A DNA stretch of 64,000 nucleotides from Auanema rhodensis. Lineage: Eukaryota > Animalia > Nematoda. The stretch lies in contig OZ059894.1 of the NCBI GenBank assembly GCA_964057225.1, positions 3,348,001 through 3,412,000 of the forward strand. The letters run 5' to 3'. Positions within the stretch are counted from its first letter, which is position 1; every line of letters starts with the position of its first letter. Under the pieces are notes generated by a model, which worked only from the letters and a program-made list of their open reading frames with translations, searched no databases and was not told where the DNA came from. A program made the translations under genes and the position numbers. Below are positions 57,101 to 64,000 of the stretch, piece after piece.

Positions 57101-59269
57101 AAGGGAGTTGTACAATAACAGTTGATACGTCAGCGTAGGAATAACCATGCCACCCAAGCCATCCGCCAAGGGAGCTGAAGAAGAGAAATTCCAGAAAGTA
57201 AGTTTATATCAATAGTTTTCATGTAAAACAGCCTTTTATGAGGAAATTTAAAGTTTTTAATTTTTAAATAATTCAAATAATTTCAAGTTGAATCAAATGT
57301 CTTTATGTATATTTTAGTATATTATTATTCAAGTATACACAATTCTTATAGTAAAGCTTCTAACCAGAGTTGGGAGAATGGGGGCGTGGTTTGCGCGCTA
57401 ACTAACGTATAGGTCAGCAAAGGGAGTTGTACAATAACAGTTGATTCGTCAGCGTAGGAATAACCATGCCACCCAAGCCATCCGCCAAGGGAGCTGAAGA
57501 GAAAGGAGAGAAGAAGAAGAGAAATTCCTGAAAGTGAGTTTTCAAGTTTTTAATGTTTAAATAATTCAAATAATTTCAAGTTGAATCAAATGTCTTTATC
57601 TATATTTTAGTTATTATTATTCAAATATACACAATTCTTATAGTAAAGCTTCTAACCAGAGTTGGGAGAATGGGGGCGTGGTTTGCGCGCTAACTATCAT
57701 ATAGGTCAGCAAAGGGAGTTGTACAATAACAGTTGATTCGTCAGCGTAGGAATAACCATGCCACCCAAGCCATCCGCCAAGGGAGCTGAAGAAGAGAAAT
57801 TCCAGAAAGTAAGTTTATATCAATAGTTTTCATGTAAAACAGCCTTTTATGAGGAAATTTAAAGTTTTTAATGTTTAAATAATTCAAATAATTTCAAGTT
57901 GAATCAAATGTCTTTATCTATATTTTAGTATATTATTATTTAAATATACACAATTCTTATAGTAAAGCTTCTAACCAGAGTTGGGAGAATGGGGGCGTGG
58001 TTTTCGCACTAACTAACATATAGGTCAGCAAAGGGAGTTGTACAATAACAGTTGATTCGTCAGCGTAGGAATAACCATGCCACCCAAGCCATCCGCCAAG
58101 GGAGCTGAAGAGAAAGGAGAGAAGAAGAAGAGAAATTCCTGAAAGTAAGTTTTTAAGTTTTTAATGTTTAAATAATTCAAATAATTTCAAGTTGAATCAA
58201 ATGTCTGTATCTATATTTTAGTTATTATTATTTAAATATACACAATTCTTATAGTAAAGCTTCTAACCAGAGTTGGGAGAATGGAAGCGTGGTTTGCGTG
58301 CTAACTAACATATAGGTCAGCAAAGGGAGTTGTACAATAACAGTTGATACGTCAGCGTAGGAATAACCATGCCACCCAAGCCATCCGCCAAGGGAGCTGA
58401 AGAAGAGAAATTCCAGAAAGTAAGTTTATATCAATAGTTTTCATGTAAAACAGCCTTTTATGAGGAAATTTAAAGTTTTTAATTTTTAAATAATTCAAAT
58501 AATTTCAAGTTGAATCAAATGTCTTTATGTATATTTTAGTATATTATTATTCAAGTATACACAATTCTTATAGTAAAGCTTCTAACCAGAGTTGGGAGAA
58601 TGGGGGCGTGGTTTGCGCGCTAACTAACGTATAGGTCAGCAAAGGGAGTTGTACAATAACAGTTGATTCGTCAGCGTAGGAATAACCATGCCACCCAAGC
58701 CATCCGCCAAGGGAGCTGAAGAGAAAGGAGAGAAGAAGAAGAGAAATTCCTGAAAGTGAGTTTTCAAGTTTTTAATGTTTAAATAATTCAAATAATTTCA
58801 AGTTGAATCAAATGTCTTTATCTATATTTTAGTTATTATTATTCAAATATACACAATTCTTATAGTAAAGCTTCTAACCAGAGTTGGGAGAATGGGGGCG
58901 TGGTTTGCGCGCTAACTATCATATAGGTCAGCAAAGGGAGTTGTACAATAACAGTTGATTCGTCAGCGTAGGAATAACCATGCCACCCAAGCCATCCGCC
59001 AAGGGAGCTGAAGAAAAGGAGAGAAGAAGAAGAGAAATTCCTGAAAGTAAGTTTTTAAGTTTTTAATGTTTAAATAATTCAAATAATTTCAAGTTGATTC
59101 AAATGTCTTTATCTATATCTTAGTTATTATTATTTAGATATACATAATTTTTGTAGTAAAGCTTCTAACCAGAGTTGGGAGAATGGGTAAGGATAAGCTT
59201 CTAACCAGAGTTGGGAGAATGGGTAAGGATAAGCTTCTAACCAGAGTTGGGAGAATGGGGGAGTGGTTT
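45176..59269 (+). repeat. H2B-promoter-derived satellite, ~46 units of 292/319 bp in a 1222-bp four-monomer higher-order repeat
   Basis: ATGCCACCCAAG from 45255 to 58980; the ggaagcgtgg variant unit recurs every 1222 bp (ATGs at 47371, 48593, 49815 ... 58369). Confidence 0.95.
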
Positions 59270-62200
59270 CGAATGCACTATACCACATTAAGAAACGCTC
59301 AATACAAGACTTAGTTATGATCGTTTGAAAAATGATGCATTACTGTATGTTGAGTTTCAATGTACACTCAACATTGCTTCCAAAAACATTTTGACAAAAA
59401 TTTTCCCGGAAAATTTCAAAATAATTTCACGAAAAGTAGATGTTTTTAGATTTCTTTTCTCGAGGCGAAGATGATGGACAATGTTATTCAGCGAAAAAAT
59501 AAACTCTTCAGGGTGAAAATCGAGGATATAAGTGTGAACCTATATCAGTTGATATCTCGGTGCATTCTTAAGCTAGCGCAAATCTGATAACACAGATCGA
59601 CGCAGCTCAAACATCCACATCGAAAGCACTATACTTCATTAAGAAATGCTCAATACAAAAATTAGTTATGATCGTTTGGAAAATGATGCATTACTGTATA
59701 TTGAGTTTCAATGTACACTCAACATTGCTTTCAAAAACATTTTGACAAAAATTTTCCCGAAAAATTTCTAGATAATTTCACAAAAAGTAGATGTTTTTAG
59801 ATTCCTTTTTTCAAGGCGAAGATGATGGACAATGTTATTCAGCGAAAAAATAAACTCTTCAGGGTGAAAATCGAGGATATAAGTGTGAACATATATCAGT
59901 TGATATCTCGGTGCATTTTTAAGCTAGCGCAAATTTGATAACACAGATCGACGCAGCTCAAAAATCTACATCGAATGCACTATACTACATTGAAAAACGC
60001 TTAATACAAAAATTAGTTATGATCGTTTGAAAAATGATGCATTACTGTATGTTGAGTTTCAATGTACACTCAACATTGCTTCCAAAAACATTTTGACAAA
60101 AATTTTCCCGGAAAATTTCAAAATAATTTCACGAAAAGTAGATGTTTTTAGATTTCTTTTCTCGAGGCGAAGATGATGGACAATGTTATTCAGCGAAAAA
60201 ATAAACTCTTCAGGGTGAAAATCGAGGATATAAGTGTGAACCTATATCAGTTGATATCTCGGTGCATTCTTAAGCTAGCGCAAATCTGATAACACAGATC
60301 GACGCAGCTCAAACATCCACATCGAAAGCACTATACTTCATTAAGAAATGCTCAATACAAAAATTAGTTATGATCGTTTGGAAAATGATGCATTACTGTA
60401 TATTGAGTTTCAATGTACACTCAACATTGCTTTCAAAAACATTTTGACAAAAATTTTCCCGAAAAATTTCTAAATAATTTCACGAAAAGTAGATGTTTTT
60501 AGATTCCTTTTTTCAAGGCAAAGACGATGGACAATGTTATTCAACGAAAAAATTAATTCTTCAGGGTGAAAATCGAGGATATAAGTGTGAACTTATATCA
60601 GTTGATATCTCGGTGCATTTTTAAGCTAGCGCAAATCTGATAACACAGATCGACGCAGCTTGAAAATCCGCATCGAATGCACTATACTACATTGAAAAAC
60701 GCTTAATACAAAAATTAGTTATGATCGTTTGAAAAATGATGCATTAGTGTATGTTGAGTTTCCATGTACACTCAACATTGCTTCCAAAAACATTTTGACA
60801 AAAATTTTTTCGAAAAATTTCAGAATAATTTAGCGAAAAGTAGATGTTTTTAGATTCCTTTTTTCAAGGCAAAGACGATGGACAGTGTTATTCAACGAAA
60901 AAATTAATTCTTCAGGGTGAAAATCGAGGATATAAGTGTGAACTTATATCAGTTGATATCTCGGTGCATTTTTAAGCTAGCGCAAATCTGATAACACAGA
61001 TCGACGCAGCTTAAAAATCCGCATCGAATGCACTATACTACATTGAAAAACGCTTAATACAAAAATTAGTTATGATCGTTTGAAAAATGATGCATTAGTG
61101 TATGTTGAGTTTCCATGTACACTCAACATTGCTTCCAAAAACATTTTGACAAAAATTTTTTCGAAAAATTTCAGAATAATTTAGCGAAAAGTAGATGTTT
61201 TTAGATTCCTTTTTTCAAGGCAAAGACGATGGACAATGTTATTCAACGAAAAAATTAATTCTTCAGGGTGAAAATCGAGGATATAAGTGTGAACTTATAT
61301 CAGTTGATATCTCGGTGCATTTTTAAGCTAGCGCAAATCTGATAACACAGATCGACGCAGCTTAAAAATCCGCATCGAATGCACTATACTACATTGAAAA
61401 ACGCTTAATACAAAAATCAGTTATGATCGTTTGAAAAATGATGCATTAGTGTATGTTGAGTTTCCATGTACACTCAACATTGCTTCCAAAAACATTTTGA
61501 CAAAAATTTTTTCGAAAAATTTCAAAATAATTTAGCGAAAAGTAGATGTTTTTAGATTCCTTTTTTCAAGGCAAAAACGATGGACAATGTTATTCAACGA
61601 AAAAAGTAAATCTTCAGGGTGAAAATCGAGGATACAAGTGTGAACATATATCAGTTGATTTCTCGGTGCATTTTTAAGCTAGCGCAAATATGATAACATA
61701 GATCGACGCAGCTTAAAAATCCGCATTGAATGCACTATACTACATTGAGAAAAGCTTAATACAAAAATTAGTTATGATCGTTTGAAAAATGATGCATTAC
61801 TGTATGTTGAGTTTCCATGTACACTCAACATTGCTTCCAAAAACATTTTGACAAAAATTTTCCCGAAAAATTTCTAGATAATTTCACAAAAAGTAGATGT
61901 TTTTAGATTCCTTTTTTCAAGGCGAAGATGATGGACAATGTTATTCAGCGAAAAAATTAACTCTTCAGGGTGAAAATCGAGGATATAAGTGTGAACCGAT
62001 ATCAGTTGATATCTCGGTGCATTTTTAAGCTAGCGCAAATATGGTAACATAGATCGACGCAGCTCAAAAATCTACATCGAATGCACTATACTTCATTAAG
62101 AAATGCTCAATACCAAAATTAGTTATGATCGTTTGGAAAATGATGCATTACTGTATGTTGAGTTTCAATGTACACTCAACATTGCTTTCAAAAACATTTT

Positions 62201-64000
62201 GACAAAAATTTTCCCGAAAAATTTCGAAATAATTTCACGAAAAGTAGATGTTTTTAGATTTCTTTTTTCAAGGCGAAGACGATGGACAATGTTATTCAGC
62301 GAAAAAATTAACTCTTCAGGGTGAAAATCGAGGATATAAGTGTGAACCGATATCAGTTGATATCTCGGTGCATTTTTAAGCTAGCGCAAATATGGTAACA
62401 TAGATCGACGCAGCTCAAAAATCTACATCGAATGCACTATACTTCATTAAGAAATGCTCAATACCAAAATTAGTTATGATCGTTTGGAAAATGATGCATT
62501 ACTGTATGTTGAGTTTCAATGTACACTCAACATTGCTTTCAAAAACATTTTGACAAAAATTTTCCCGAAAAATTTCGAAATAATTTCACGAAAAGTAGAT
62601 GTTTTTAGATTCCTTTTTTCAAGGCGAAGACGATGGACAATGTTATTCAGCGAAAAAATTAACTCTTCAGGGTGAAAATCGAGGATATAAGTGTGAACCG
62701 ATATCAGTTGATATCTCGGTGCATTTTTAAGCTAGCGCAAATATGGTAACATAGATCGACGCAGCTTAAAAATCCGCATTGCATGCACTATACTACATTG
62801 AGAAAAGCTTTATACAAAAATTAGTTATGATCGTTTGAAAAATGATGCATTACTGTATGTTGAGTTTCCATGTACACTCAACATTGCTTCCAAAAACATT
62901 TTGACAAAAATTTTCCCGGAAAATTTCAAAATAATTTCACGAAAAGTAGATGTTTTTAGATTTCTTTTTTCGAGGCGAAGATGATGGACAATGTTATTCA
63001 ACGAAAAAATTAGTTCTTCAGGGTGAAAATCGAGGATATAGGTGTGAACTTATATCAGTTGATATCTCGGTGCATTTTTAAGCTAGCGCAAATCTGATAA
63101 CACAGATCGACGCAGCTTAAAAATCCGCATTGAATGCACTATACTACATTGAGAAAAGCTTAATACAAAAATTAGTTATGATCGTTTGAAAAATGATGCA
63201 TTACTGTATGTTGAGTTTCCATGTACACTCAACATTGCTTCCAAAAACATTTTGACAAAAATTTTCCCGAAAAATTTCTAGATAATTTCACAAAAAGTAG
63301 ATGTGTTTAGATTCCTTTTTTCAAGGCGAAGATGATGGACAATGTTATTCAGCGAAAAAATTAACTCTTCAGGGTGAAAATCGAGGATATAAGTGTGAAC
63401 CGATATCAGTTGATATCTCGGTGCATTTTTAAGCTAGCGCAAATATGGTAACATAGATCGACGCAGCTCAAAAATCTACATCGAATGCACTATACTTCAT
63501 TAAGAAATGCTCAATACCAAAATTAGTTATGATCGTTTGGAAAATGATGCATTACTGTATGTTGAGTTTCAATGTACACTCAACATTGCTTTCAAAAACA
63601 TTTTGACAAAAATTTTCCCGAAAAATTTCGAAATAATTTCACGAAAAGTAGATGTTTTTAGATTTCTTTTTTCAAGGCGAAGACGATGGACAATGTTATT
63701 CAGCGAAAAAATTAACTCTTCAGGGTGAAAATCGAGGATATAAGTGTGAACCGATATCAGTTGATATCTCGGTGCATTTTTAAGCTAGCGCAAATATGGT
63801 AACATAGATCGACGCAGCTCAAAAATCTACATCGAATGCACTATACTTCATTAAGAAATGCTCAATACCAAAATTAGTTATGATCGTTTGGAAAATGATG
63901 CATTACTGTATGTTGAGTTTCAATGTACACTCAACATTGCTTTCAAAAACATTTTGACAAAAATTTTCCCGAAAAATTTCGAAATAATTTCACGAAAAGT
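59270..64000. repeat. 351-bp satellite array (block 4), ~13.5 monomers
   Basis: Same monomer and orientation as the other blocks; runs off the window end. Confidence 0.98.

Overview
Eukaryotic, probably animal (nematode-like cues), AT-rich tandem-repeat DNA with no prokaryotic features. The background is a ~351-bp satellite array (1-27665, 32631-38604, 41975-43033, 59270-64000) containing 197-bp and 151-bp deletion monomers and several kb-scale duplications. It is interrupted three times, at the same base of the monomer, by one histone-cluster fragment (27666-32630, 38605-41974, 43034-59269). Each copy holds a truncated, mutated H4 (- strand), an intact canonical H3 with its 3' stem-loop (- strand), an AT-rich spacer with a 215-bp repeat, and a tandem repeat built from an H2B promoter plus its first codons (+ strand). 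The insert is flanked by a (T)CGAAT duplication and has short templated duplications at both ends. All copies share junctions and private flanking SNPs, indicating one insertion amplified along with the satellite. In copy 3 the H2B-derived unit has expanded to about 46 copies in a 1222-bp four-monomer higher-order repeat, which looks like a new satellite arising from a histone gene promoter inside an older satellite. The many 60-75 aa ORFs in the track are satellite artefacts. All counts and coordinates were read by eye.
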